Shown piece by piece: positions 1 to 9,341 of a DNA stretch of 64,000 nucleotides. Position numbers and translations under genes: made by a program. Position 1 is the stretch's first letter. Each line of letters starts with the position of its first letter. Below the pieces are notes generated by a model. The model was not told the origin of the DNA. It saw nothing but the letters and a program-made list of their open reading frames with translations, and did not search any database. The DNA comes from Candidatus Multivoradales bacterium (lineage in GTDB: Bacteria > Acidobacteriota > Thermoanaerobaculia > Multivoradales > JAHEKO01): positions 256,001 through 320,000 of the forward strand of contig CBDFIJ010000004.1 in the NCBI GenBank assembly GCA_965248055.1, read 5' to 3'.

Positions 1-2
1 TG

Positions 3-1217
3 AATCGTTCTGACGCTGTCGCCGCGGCGCTGGGCGAACTGGGTCAGCTGGATGCTGAGATCGATTGGCTCGGTGACCTAACCTATGTCGTCAATGAAGA
101 CGGAGGGATCAGCCTTGCCTACCCGGTGGACATCCGTTACTACAATGAACGGGGGCTGAACATAGATACCGTCTATGCAGATGCCCGCAGAGGCGGTGTA
201 GCTGCTATTCATCCCAAAGTGAAGCACGCAAAGAATCGTCTAACCTACGATTCGCAAAACGGAGGTACCCAGGGCGTATTGGTTTGTTCTGAAGGACAGA
301 CCTGCCCCGACGCTGCTTCAACCGACGCCCATGACTACGCCGGCGTCACCTACGACTACTATTCCAGCAAGTTCGGTCGCGACTCTCTGGACGACAATGG
401 GTTGACCTTGATTTCGTCTGTTCACTTCTGCCCGAGTGCGAGTCAGTGTCCATATGCCAACGCAGGCTGGACGGGTGCGCAAATGATTTACGGTGATGGA
501 GGTTCCTTTGGCTGGGACTACATGAGCAAGGCTTTGGATGTAGTGGCACACGAACTCACACATGGAGTTACTGAGTTCACTTCAGATCTCGTCTACGCCG
601 CTGAATCCGGTGCGCTCAATGAAGCATGGTCCGATATCTTCGGCGAATCTACAGAGATATGGGCCGGATCTAGCCCAATTGGTGAATGGGATCTTGGCGA
701 AGATCTAGGCGGGGAGATCCTTCGTTTCATGGACGACCCAACCGCAGACGGTTACTCGACCGACTACTATCCTGACCGTCTCTACCCAAAAGGTAAGGGT
801 TGCAGATCTTCTAACGACAACTGTGGTGTTCACGGCAACTCCGGAATCGCCAACTTAGCTTACGTGCTGTTGGTCGAAGGGGGCACCCACCCACAGGGCA
901 AGACCTCGAACGTTGTGCCTAGCGTCGGTCTAGCTACGGCTGAGCAAATCTTTTATCGCGCTAACACCAACTATTTCACTAGTGGCACGACTTTCTCCCA
1001 GGCATCCAGTATGACCCAGCAAGCTGCCGCCGACCTCTACACTCAAACCGAAGTAGATGCCTGCTCTGAGGCCTGGTGTGCAGTAGGAGTCGGTGATTGC
1101 TCCGGTGACCCTGGCGGTTGCACCGACCTGCTTCCAGTGGGTGCTAGTTGCACCAGCAACAGCGAATGTTGCTCTAACAAGTGTAAGGGCGGACCAGGCA
1201 ACAAGACCTGCAAGTAA
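3..1217 (+). CDS. M4 (thermolysin-family) zinc metalloprotease, 5'-truncated by the window edge, with C-terminal Cys-rich tail
   Basis: HELTH zinc motif, ESGALNEAWSD and VHGNSGIAN motifs; frame is open from position 3, so the real start is upstream of the window. Confidence 0.93.
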   Translation, partial: NRSDAVAAALGELGQLDAEIDWLGDLTYVVNEDGGISLAYPVDIRYYNERGLNIDTVYADARRGGVAAIHPKVKHAKNRLTYDSQNGGTQGVLVCSEGQTCPDAASTDAHDYAGVTYDYYSSKFGRDSLDDNGLTLISSVHFCPSASQCPYANAGWTGAQMIYGDGGSFGWDYMSKALDVVAHELTHGVTEFTSDLVYAAESGALNEAWSDIFGESTEIWAGSSPIGEWDLGEDLGGEILRFMDDPTADGYSTDYYPDRLYPKGKGCRSSNDNCGVHGNSGIANLAYVLLVEGGTHPQGKTSNVVPSVGLATAEQIFYRANTNYFTSGTTFSQASSMTQQAAADLYTQTEVDACSEAWCAVGVGDCSGDPGGCTDLLPVGASCTSNSECCSNKCKGGPGNKTCK

Positions 1218-1238
1218 CCTACATTCACTCTGACAACC

Positions 1239-1270
1239 AAGGCCCGCGGAAAACCGCGGGCCTTTTTCTT
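1239..1270 (+). terminator. Rho-independent terminator
   Basis: AAGGCCCGCGG-AAAA-CCGCGGGCCTT perfect stem followed by a T tract, just after the protease stop. Confidence 0.9.
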
Positions 1271-1297
1271 TGGACGAGCTGATTCAGGGGAACAGCA

Positions 1298-2410
1298 ATG
1301 GCATACTGTCCGGAAATGTACAATCCGCTCAGATTCGCTACCGTTGTCGCCCTGATCTTGCTCACCAGCATCTGCTCAGCAAGCGAGACGACCTCTACAC
1401 CGGTCCTGGATCTTTCTCAGGCAAATCGGCTGGCGGCCCTACCGGTTGCCTGCATCCAACAGCCCTTTCCCTATAAATCCGGGCACATACTGGCCCAAGA
1501 ATCAGACTTAGCTCTACCGCGCGAGCATCACCCCGCGTTCTACGGCTGCTTCGATTGGCATTCTGCAGTACACGGCCATTGGTCCCTGGTTTACCTCTTG
1601 AAAACCTTTTCTGGCTTGCAAAGTGAAGCCGAAATTCGCCGCATGCTGAGCGAGAATCTCACCGCAGAGAACATTGCCACCGAAATCGACTACTTCAGTC
1701 TCAATGCGGAAACTGGCACCTTCGAGCGCACCTACGGCTGGGCCTGGCTGTTGAAGCTGAGCGAGGAGCTGGAAACCTGGAATGACGAAGATGCGCGCAT
1801 CTGGGCGACCAACCTACGCCCCCTCGCCCATTTGGTGCGCGACAAAATCGTCGAATACCTGCCCAAGCTGGTCTACCCAATCCGCGTCGGCGAGCACACC
1901 AACACGGCCTTTGGCTTGAACTTCGCCTATGACTACGCGTTGACGCTGGGAGACGCGGACTTACAGCAGGCGATAGCCACCAGAGCACACGACTTCTACT
2001 TCGCCGACGCGGAGTGTCCCTTGAGTTGGGAGCCGAGCGGACACGACTTCTTGTCCCCTTGCCTCCAAGAACTCGACCTGATGGGCAAAATCCTAGATAC
2101 AGATGCATTCGCCACTTGGGCTACACAGTTCCTCCCAACGCTCTCAGAGGGCGACCTACCTCTAACTCCCGGTCAGGTACTCGATCGCTCCGATGGCAAG
2201 TTGGTCCATTTGGACGGACTCAATTTCTCGCGCGCCTGGAATCTCTATCCGCTGACGCGCACCCAGCCAGACCTACTTGCAGTAGCCGACCATCACCTTC
2301 TCCACTCACTCGACACCATCACCGATGGGGAATACAGCGGCGGACACTGGCTGGCGTCTTTCGCTCTTTATGCCCTCAAAACCCGCCAAGAGGTGGTCGA
2401 TCACGACTAG
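1298..2410 (+). CDS. DUF2891 family protein with signal peptide (alternative start ATG 1316)
   Basis: HPAFYGCFDWHSAVHGHW, FERTYGWAWLL, HLDGLNFSRAW and YSGGHWLASFA motifs. Confidence 0.85.
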   Translation: MAYCPEMYNPLRFATVVALILLTSICSASETTSTPVLDLSQANRLAALPVACIQQPFPYKSGHILAQESDLALPREHHPAFYGCFDWHSAVHGHWSLVYLLKTFSGLQSEAEIRRMLSENLTAENIATEIDYFSLNAETGTFERTYGWAWLLKLSEELETWNDEDARIWATNLRPLAHLVRDKIVEYLPKLVYPIRVGEHTNTAFGLNFAYDYALTLGDADLQQAIATRAHDFYFADAECPLSWEPSGHDFLSPCLQELDLMGKILDTDAFATWATQFLPTLSEGDLPLTPGQVLDRSDGKLVHLDGLNFSRAWNLYPLTRTQPDLLAVADHHLLHSLDTITDGEYSGGHWLASFALYALKTRQEVVDHD

Positions 2411-3626
2411 CAGACATCGAATCAAGCGCATCTTCGGTCCCGGCACCCTGGTGGCCGCCGCTTTCATCGGCCCGGGAACGGTCACCGTCTGTACCCTCGC
2501 TGGAGCAGAGTATGGATTTTCACTGCTTTGGGCCTTGCTGTTCTCGATCCTGGCAACTTTAGTGCTGCAGGAGATGGCGGCGCGGTTGGGTTGGGCAACG
2601 CAAGATGGTTTGGGCAGCGCCATTCGCTCGACGTTCTCTAGCGGTTGGAAGCGGGTAGCGTTTTTCTTTTTGGTGATCGGTGCGGTGATCGTCGGCAATG
2701 CGGCCTATCAGGCGGGGAATATCGGCGGGGCGGTGTTGGGCGTCGAAGCTGCCATCGGGCCTTTCCCCTACTGGGCGTTGGTCATTGGACTGATCGCCTT
2801 TGTACTGCTCTACGCCGGACGCTATCGGGTCATCGAACGAATCTTGATCGGCTTAGTGTTGTTGATGAGTGTCTGTTTCGCCGCCACGGCTCTAATCTTG
2901 CGACCCGATCTCGGAGCGGTGCTTTCTGGATTGATTCCCAGCCGCCTCGATTCCGCTTCACTGCTCACCGTGGTCGGACTGATCGGCACTACAGTGGTTC
3001 CCTACAACCTGTTTCTTCACGCCGCATCGGTACCGCAAAAATGGGGGGCTGAATCGCGGTTGTCCGAGGTCCGGCTGGAGGGTGCAATCGCCATCGGCTT
3101 GGGCGGCTTGATCTCGATGGCTATCGTGGTGGTCTCGGCGTCTGCCTTCTGGCAAACCGAGATTGAGATTCGCTCAGGCGCCGACATGGCGCATCAACTA
3201 GAACCTCTGCTCGGCTCTTGGGCGCGGTCGTTGATGGGATTGGGGTTATTCGCCGCCGGAATCAGTTCCGCAGTCACCGCGCCGCTAGCTGCAGCGCTCG
3301 CCGCACGGGAATTATTCGGCTGGGATCGGTCGCTGCGTGACCGGCGCTTTCGACTGGTGTGGCTCGGGGTTCTGTTTACCGGAGTGTTGTTTGCTTCGCT
3401 CGGCTTCACCCCGGTGGCCCTGATTCGCTTTGCCCAAGTCGCCAATGGCGTCCTGCTGCCGATCGTTGCAACCTTCTTATTGCTGGTGGTCAACCGCGTC
3501 GCCATTTTGGGCGAGCACCGGAACCGCGCGTGGCACAACGTACTTGGATTGCTGGTGATCATCGTGACCCTAGTTCTGGCGGTCCAGACACTGGGAACGG
3601 TACTAGGGCGTGTTCACACTAGTTGA
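2370..3626 (+). CDS. NRAMP/YcsG-like transporter, probable 5-oxoproline uptake; start uncertain; last codons supplied by the IS end
   Basis: GPGTLVAAAFIGPGTVT and GTTVVPYNLFLHA motifs, many TM segments, pxpABC context. Confidence 0.85.
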   Translation: MPSKPAKRWSITTSRHRIKRIFGPGTLVAAAFIGPGTVTVCTLAGAEYGFSLLWALLFSILATLVLQEMAARLGWATQDGLGSAIRSTFSSGWKRVAFFFLVIGAVIVGNAAYQAGNIGGAVLGVEAAIGPFPYWALVIGLIAFVLLYAGRYRVIERILIGLVLLMSVCFAATALILRPDLGAVLSGLIPSRLDSASLLTVVGLIGTTVVPYNLFLHAASVPQKWGAESRLSEVRLEGAIAIGLGGLISMAIVVVSASAFWQTEIEIRSGADMAHQLEPLLGSWARSLMGLGLFAAGISSAVTAPLAAALAARELFGWDRSLRDRRFRLVWLGVLFTGVLFASLGFTPVALIRFAQVANGVLLPIVATFLLLVVNRVAILGEHRNRAWHNVLGLLVIIVTLVLAVQTLGTVLGRVHTS

Positions 3627-4403
3627 TGTATACTCGGTGGATGGAAATAACAATAGAACAATTTGCACGAATCGAGCCTTTTCTTCCACGACAGCGTGGC
3701 AATGTATCGATAGATAACCTCCAGGTGCTCAACGCGATACTTTACGTTGCAGAACATGGCTGTAAGTGGCGCGGGCTGCCGAAGCGTTTTGGTAATTGGC
3801 ATACCGTCTATACGCGTATGAACCGTTGGGCAAAGAAAGGCGTGCTGGATCGAGTGTTTAGTGAACTGCAACGCCAGCAAGTCATTCAGGTCCGTGTTGA
3901 GGCGGTTTCACTCGATAGCACAGCGGTTAAGGTACACCCTGATGGAACGGGCGCTCTAAAAAAAACGGTCCACAGGCGATCGGCAAGTCGCGGGGAGGAT
4001 GGACTACAAAGATTCATATGGTTGCCGCAGATGCTCGGACCGCAGTGAATTTTTCTCTGTCTCCTGGCAATGCTGCTGACGCGCCAGAGGGTCGTAAACT
4101 ATTGAGAGAAACAACCCTATCGGCCAAATACATAATTATGGACCGAGCGTATGAAGGTAATGAAACACGCCAACTCGTGCTCGATCTTGGTCTCACACCT
4201 GTTGTGCCGCCGAAAAGCAATCGATTACAACCTTGGCTATACGACCGAGAAATGTACAAGAAGCGCAATGAAGTAGAGCGCTTGTTTCGTCGCTTGAAGG
4301 GGTTTCGTCGGATATTCTCACGCTTCGACAAATTGGACATAATCTTCACATTCTTTATACACTTCGCACTCATTGTCGATGCTATATCTAGTGTTAACAC
4401 GCC
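3607..4403 (+). mobile_element. IS5-family (IS427-group-like) insertion sequence
   Basis: Terminal IRs CTAGGGCGTGTTCACACTAG / CTAGTGTTAACACGCCCTAG (1 mismatch); CTAG at both junctions (3603-3606, 4404-4407); lower GC than flanks. Confidence 0.92.
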
Positions 4404-4407
4404 CTAG
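3623..4407 (+). CDS. IS5-family transposase, two ORFs (3623-4048, 4018-4407) joined by a -1 frameshift
   Basis: GCKWRGLPKRFGNWHTVY, LDST, DRAY and YKKRNEVERLF motifs; A8 run at 3958-3965 joins to a GKSRGGWTTKIH frame. Confidence 0.9.
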
Positions 4408-4421
4408 GCTGGTTGTAGATC

Positions 4422-5168
4422 GTGCTCGATTCGATCGACCTCAACTGCGACCTGGGAGAGACCCTCGACGGCGCGATCGATGCTGTTTTGATGTCCCACA
4501 TTTCGTCCTGTAATATTGCCTGTGGCGGCCACGCCGGAGATCGCCAAACCATGGCGCGCACGGTACAAAGCGCCTTGGTTAACGGCGTGCAAATTGGCGC
4601 CCATCCCTCCTACCCCGATCGCCACCACTTCGGTCGCAGGTCTCTGGATCTGCCGATAGATCACCTAGTGGCTGTCATCATTGAACAGTGTGGTCGGTTG
4701 GCAGAAGTCGCAGCTCAAGAGGGCGGCCAAGTTCGACACGTCAAACCACACGGAGCTCTGTACCACGACCTAGCGCGAGACCCCGACAAGGCGGACGCCG
4801 TTCTCCATGCCATTCGAAGCCTCGACCCCGAGCTCACGATCTATGGTCTGGCGGATAGCCCATTGGCGAAGCAGGCCGAAGAGATCGGAATCATCTATGT
4901 CCACGAGGTATTCGCCGACCGCCGCTACGACACCAATACTCGCCTCAGATCGCGTGAAAATCCCAACGCCCTGTTGACCGAGACCGATCAGGTCTTGAGC
5001 CAAGTGGAAGAGTTGTTGCGCGGCAGCATCACCACACTTGAGGGTCGCCAACCGATCACCGCGCGGAGCCTATGCGTTCATGGCGACACCCCAGGAGCGG
5101 TCGAGATGGTGGCTCAGATTGCGGCGTTTCTCCAGCAACATCATGTCGAAATCCATCCACCTCACTGA
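4422..5168 (+). CDS. pxpA: 5-oxoprolinase subunit A (LamB/YcsF)
   Basis: IDLNCDLGE, NIACGGHAGD, HVKPHGALY and LCVHGDTPGA motifs. Confidence 0.95.
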   Translation: MLDSIDLNCDLGETLDGAIDAVLMSHISSCNIACGGHAGDRQTMARTVQSALVNGVQIGAHPSYPDRHHFGRRSLDLPIDHLVAVIIEQCGRLAEVAAQEGGQVRHVKPHGALYHDLARDPDKADAVLHAIRSLDPELTIYGLADSPLAKQAEEIGIIYVHEVFADRRYDTNTRLRSRENPNALLTETDQVLSQVEELLRGSITTLEGRQPITARSLCVHGDTPGAVEMVAQIAAFLQQHHVEIHPPH

Positions 5169-5886
5169 CCTAGACTTCAAGGTTGTTTCGTTCGGCTCTT
5201 CAGCGAAGCTGTTGCGCCCAACGCACCCACTGGCAAACCCGCTAGCACTGCCACGACTGGGACAGGCGCTGGCCGACCATCTTCCACCGGGGATCAGCGA
5301 CGTCATCGCCAGCACCAGCGAACTGTGTTTGGTATTCGAGGGTGACCCGAGCCATGGGCTGGACAGCTTGCCAGAGTCCGTTGCCCAACTGCATCCCACA
5401 GAGCCCCATTCCGCAGAACTCCATTTCACAGAGCCCAGGCGATTCCATTTGCCGGTTCTGTTCGACGGCAACGATTGGCAAACGGTCAGTGCATACACTG
5501 GACTGACTCAAGCCGCCTATCTCCAGCGACTTAAAGAGTGCCCTGTCACCGTAGCGATGTACGGATTCTTGCCGGGATTCGCCTACCTGACCGGTTTACC
5601 TGCCGACCTGCGCTGTCCGCGCAAGGACACGCCTTCGCACACGGTGGCGGCGGGCTCAGTGGCGGTCGGCGGCCCCCATATCGGCATTTACGGTTCTGCG
5701 AGTCCAGCTGGCTGGCAAGTTCTAGGACGTACCCCGGTGCAAGTCGCGCAACTCGAAGCAACACCGCCGACTAACTTGCGCATCGGCGATCAAATCCACT
5801 TTCGCGTCATTGAAGAAGAGGAATTCGAGACCCTGGCCAACGCTGGTCTTGCTCTGGCGTCCTGCATCGAGGGACCGGACCGGTGA
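5143..5886 (+). CDS. pxpB: 5-oxoprolinase subunit B (KipI/AHS1)
   Basis: GFLPGFAYLTGL, AGSVAVGG and SPAGWQVLGRTP motifs; ATG 5143 chosen as start. Confidence 0.9.
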   Translation: MSKSIHLTDLDFKVVSFGSSAKLLRPTHPLANPLALPRLGQALADHLPPGISDVIASTSELCLVFEGDPSHGLDSLPESVAQLHPTEPHSAELHFTEPRRFHLPVLFDGNDWQTVSAYTGLTQAAYLQRLKECPVTVAMYGFLPGFAYLTGLPADLRCPRKDTPSHTVAAGSVAVGGPHIGIYGSASPAGWQVLGRTPVQVAQLEATPPTNLRIGDQIHFRVIEEEEFETLANAGLALASCIEGPDR

Positions 5887-6773
5887 CCGACTGCCAAATC
5901 GAGGTCCTGCACCCTGGCCTGCTCACTACGATCCAGGGTTCTCCAAACTCTGGCAGAGCTTTCTACGGCATTCCCGCCGGTGGACCGATGGACCCAAAAG
6001 CGGCGGCACTCGCCAATCGGCTGATCGGCAACCCGATCGATACGCCGATTCTTGAATGCAACCTCTTGGCCCCACGACTGCGGTTTGGCGAATCGATCGA
6101 CCTGGTACTCACCGGCGCGGACTGCGCCTGGCAAGCCGATGGCCGTGACCTAGTTCGCAATCAGGTCCACCACTTAGGCCCGGGCTCGGTGCTCTCTGGC
6201 GGCTACTCCACCAATGGCGCCCGCGCCTACATCGCGTTCGCCAGCCACTATTCAGTGACCAGAAATCAGGCCCTGCGCATCCAGCCCCTATGCAGCCATC
6301 CCTTATACCAAGGGCAAATCATCACCGTGGAACACAGGAACCTGCCGGTCCAGCCCAAGATGAACGCTGCAATCGAGGACTATGAACGTATCGACATCAT
6401 TCGCCTCCAGCCGGGGCCCGAGTGGCAGCAACTCTCCTCAACCAGCCAGAAAGCGCTCCTCTCACAACCGTTTACCATCGACCCGAACAGCAACCGCATC
6501 GGCGCACGCCTCACCGGACCGAACTTGACGCTGAACGCTGACGGCAACATGCCCAGCGTGCCGGTGATCCCTGGGGTCATCCAACTTCCCGGTTCTGGCC
6601 GGCCGATTGTCGTCCTGCGAGACGGCCCCACCACCGGGGGTTATCCTCGAATCGCGACTATCTCGGAGGCGGAGCTAGGGCAATTCAATCAGATCAGCCC
6701 GGGGCGACACTTCCGCTTCATCAATACCGACTCAGACTCTACGGCCACAGCCAACCGAAAGCACCCGCAGTGA
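5883..6773 (+). CDS. pxpC: 5-oxoprolinase subunit C (KipA/AHS2)
   Basis: PGLLTTIQ, GGPMD..AAALANRLIGN, SNRIGARL and DGPTTGGYPRIA motifs. Confidence 0.9.
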   Translation: MTDCQIEVLHPGLLTTIQGSPNSGRAFYGIPAGGPMDPKAAALANRLIGNPIDTPILECNLLAPRLRFGESIDLVLTGADCAWQADGRDLVRNQVHHLGPGSVLSGGYSTNGARAYIAFASHYSVTRNQALRIQPLCSHPLYQGQIITVEHRNLPVQPKMNAAIEDYERIDIIRLQPGPEWQQLSSTSQKALLSQPFTIDPNSNRIGARLTGPNLTLNADGNMPSVPVIPGVIQLPGSGRPIVVLRDGPTTGGYPRIATISEAELGQFNQISPGRHFRFINTDSDSTATANRKHPQ

Positions 6774-7296
6774 CCAGCGAGTAGACCAAGCCATCGAAAA
6801 CGTTCTTCACAGTACCCGACCACGGCACACCTTTCCAAATTGAGTCGACGATCGGACCGATGCCGTAGGCCATGAATGCCACGGTACCGGCAAAACGAAA
6901 CACCGCCATGTAGTCGGTGCCAGAGGACAAGGTACGGCCAGCGAGATAAGCCACCAAGACACTCACCAGGACCGCGTAGAGAAACCACAGAACTAGGTAC
7001 TTCCCCATTTTCATCGGTCCATTTGGGAAAATTGTCAGAACCCCAACTGGACCCCGGGTGCATTTCTCGACCATTTCTGGCTCCCCCATCTCTTTGGGTG
7101 TCGCGCAGTGCGGAAAGTGATACATGCCTGGCGTCAATCCGGCTTCACGCAGGGACGCCAACGTAGCGTCCTCCTTGGGCAATTGGCGGTAGTCCTTTTG
7201 GTGGTACTTCAGCACCATGTGCAAGATGGAACTAACCAAAAACACCAAAACTGCCGAAATCAAGATTGGCATCCAGAGGAATGGGATAGCGATCAT
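6739..7296 (-). CDS. Conserved hypothetical membrane protein
   Basis: 185 aa with about four hydrophobic helices; GGAGG RBS upstream. Confidence 0.75.
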   Translation of the reverse strand: MIAIPFLWMPILISAVLVFLVSSILHMVLKYHQKDYRQLPKEDATLASLREAGLTPGMYHFPHCATPKEMGEPEMVEKCTRGPVGVLTIFPNGPMKMGKYLVLWFLYAVLVSVLVAYLAGRTLSSGTDYMAVFRFAGTVAFMAYGIGPIVDSIWKGVPWSGTVKNVFDGLVYSLVTAGAFGWLWP

Positions 7297-7368
7297 GAGG
7301 ACCTCCTGTTTTTTGCGGTAGTACGGGTTGCCTGCATTGTGGCCTTGAATCTACACCCTGCGACCCTC

Positions 7369-8322
7369 TCACCTTCCCCTCTTGGCCTCGGAGCTGTGCG
7401 CTACATTTCTCTGCAACCCCTCCAGCTTCGCCCGCTTCATCGGACTGCGGCGGAAGAATCCCACGTAGTCCTCCCTCGACAGGGTCAGCAGATCCACCAG
7501 GTTGAGCGCTGCTCGATGTTCGGGAAGTAGCAGTGCGGGATCGGGCTCGACCGTTGGATCGGTATTGACCGGGCAAACCTCTTGGCAGATATCGCAACCA
7601 AATACCCAGCCGTGTAGATCGGGCACCTCGGGCGGAAATTCACCTTTGTGTTCGATGTTCCAGTAGCTGATGCAGCGGGTTGCATCCAGGTGGTACGGCT
7701 CGGGAAGGGCCCCGGTGGGACAGGCGTCCAGGCACTGGGTACAAGTACCGCACAGATCCGCCATCGGCTGATCTGGCTCCAGCTCCAACGACAACAGAAC
7801 CTCGCCAAGTAGGAACCAAGATCCGGCTTCCGGGTGCAACAACAGGGTGTTCTTGCCCACCGCACCCAGGCCAGCTCGCGCTGCCAGTTCGCGCTCCAAA
7901 ACCGGTCCGGTATCGACGTAGACCTTGCTCTCTGTCCCCGGATAAGCAGCCTCAATCCGCTCAGCCAAACCAACCAGGCGTTGCTGCATCAGCTGGTGGT
8001 AGTCGTCGCCGTGGGCGTAGCGGGCAACCTTGGGCCACAGGTCGCCGCCCTCCGCCCGGCTTAACTCTTGATCTCCGTAGTCCAGCGCCACACACAGAAC
8101 CGAGCGCACCGAAGGCAAGGTGTTGCGAAGATCTTCACGGCGATCGAGGTTGCGCGCTAGATAGTCCATTCCCGCATGCTCACCGCGTTCTACCCACCTG
8201 CGGTAGCTATCGATGGTCGCACTCGGCTCACACGAGGCGATTCCGGATCGATGGAAGCCAGCTTCGAGCGCCCAAGACTTGAGCAGTTCGGAGCGAGATC
8301 GCTGTGTTGAATCAGAGGTCAC
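7369..8322 (-). CDS. queG: Epoxyqueuosine reductase
   Basis: VARYAHGDDYH, VDTGPVLER, CGTCTQCLDACP and FGCDICQEVCP Fe-S motifs. Confidence 0.95.
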   Translation of the reverse strand: MTSDSTQRSRSELLKSWALEAGFHRSGIASCEPSATIDSYRRWVERGEHAGMDYLARNLDRREDLRNTLPSVRSVLCVALDYGDQELSRAEGGDLWPKVARYAHGDDYHQLMQQRLVGLAERIEAAYPGTESKVYVDTGPVLERELAARAGLGAVGKNTLLLHPEAGSWFLLGEVLLSLELEPDQPMADLCGTCTQCLDACPTGALPEPYHLDATRCISYWNIEHKGEFPPEVPDLHGWVFGCDICQEVCPVNTDPTVEPDPALLLPEHRAALNLVDLLTLSREDYVGFFRRSPMKRAKLEGLQRNVAHSSEAKRGR

Positions 8323-8453
8323 TTAGCGATTCTATGGCCCGGCCATTCCAAGACCCAGTCCGCGACCGCCTTTCGGGATCTCCGCTGGACCCTGATGACG
8401 GTTGCAGCGGACCTTGATCCCGATTCGAGAATTCGTGAGCGCAGGATTACAGC

Positions 8454-8753
8454 CTGACCAAGAATCTCGCCGCAGTCGTATACACCACTCGGTCGTTCGA
8501 AAAGCAAGTAAATAAGAAGCACCGAGAGCCTAACACCAAAGCTCGGATCAACCTGGCGCTTAAGAACCTCGCCAAGGATCGCGCTCGAACCTCACTCAAA
8601 TTCGAACCCGTTGATGGCCTCCCCGAGCATTACTCGATCCGAGTTGGTCGCAAGAGATTGCGAAGATTGCTTCGACGTGGGATAGAGAGTGGCGATGAAT
8701 TCTTTGAGGCTGTTGCAATCGGCAACCACGAAGAGATCTACCGGAAGCGGTAG
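8454..8753 (+). CDS. RelE/ParE-superfamily toxin-like protein, 99 aa, CTG start; absent from the ORF track
   Basis: Manual translation ...VYTTRSFEKQV...SLKFEPVDGLPEHYSIRVG...VAIGNHEEIYRKR*; AGGA 7 nt before the CTG; in-frame stop at 8436-8438. Confidence 0.65.
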   Translation: MTKNLAAVVYTTRSFEKQVNKKHREPNTKARINLALKNLAKDRARTSLKFEPVDGLPEHYSIRVGRKRLRRLLRRGIESGDEFFEAVAIGNHEEIYRKR

Positions 8754-8860
8754 CCCGTAGTCAGCCACAGGCGATGACCTTAGACACGAGCTACTTCTAG
8801 CCGAACTCCCTGGGCGACGCAGGGTCTCGTGACAGTCGCGGTGTTTCACTGAGCCACTAC

Positions 8861-8884
8861 CAATACTCCACTAGTAGAGTATTG
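8861..8884. promoter_or_regulatory. Palindrome upstream of hicB, candidate operator
   Basis: CAATACTC-N8-GAGTATTG perfect 8-bp inverted repeat. Confidence 0.45.
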
Positions 8885-8955
8885 TCTGGTAGGTTCTTGC
8901 GTGTCACTGGGAGCGTAGAGGGGTGCAGCGCTGGTTTGTTTCAGCGTAAGGAAGG

Positions 8956-9327
8956 TTGGCAATGACAGAGACAATGGTAATCATTTACAACTTCAGAGGG
9001 TTGGTTCGCGAAGAGAAAGAGGGCATCTGGGCTGCATTGTGCCGAAGCCTGGACGTAGCCAGCCAGGGTAACTCAGAACAAGAAGCTAAAGATAATCTCC
9101 AGGAAGCGGTGACGCTATGGATCGACTCTTGCGTTGAACGAGGAACACTCGGCAAAGCATTGCGCGAACTTGGGTTCAACCGAACCCTAGCTGGCTCCCC
9201 TGCACCACCGGAAGCAGACTCTCTGACCGTCCAGCATTTCGCTGAAATAGAAACCGACGCGTACAAGGGTACTTCTTTCCCAATTGAAGTAGTTGTCCCC
9301 GCCTATCAAATCGCAGCTTTCGGCTAG
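8956..9327 (+). CDS. hicB: HicB-family antitoxin
   Basis: EEKEGIWAALCRSLDVASQGNSEQEAKDNLQEAV matches the HicB N-terminal pattern; followed by a hicA-like sequence. Confidence 0.8.
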   Translation: MAMTETMVIIYNFRGLVREEKEGIWAALCRSLDVASQGNSEQEAKDNLQEAVTLWIDSCVERGTLGKALRELGFNRTLAGSPAPPEADSLTVQHFAEIETDAYKGTSFPIEVVVPAYQIAAFG

Positions 9328-9341
9328 ACGGTTCGGCGAAC

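Noticed and set aside
5383-5442. 30-bp imperfect duplication in pxpB (AQLHPTEP/AELHFTEP)
   Set aside because: In-frame linker expansion of little significance
8319-8849. Minus-strand ORFs 8319-8522 and 8592-8849
   Set aside because: Better explained as shadows of the plus-strand RelE-like frame
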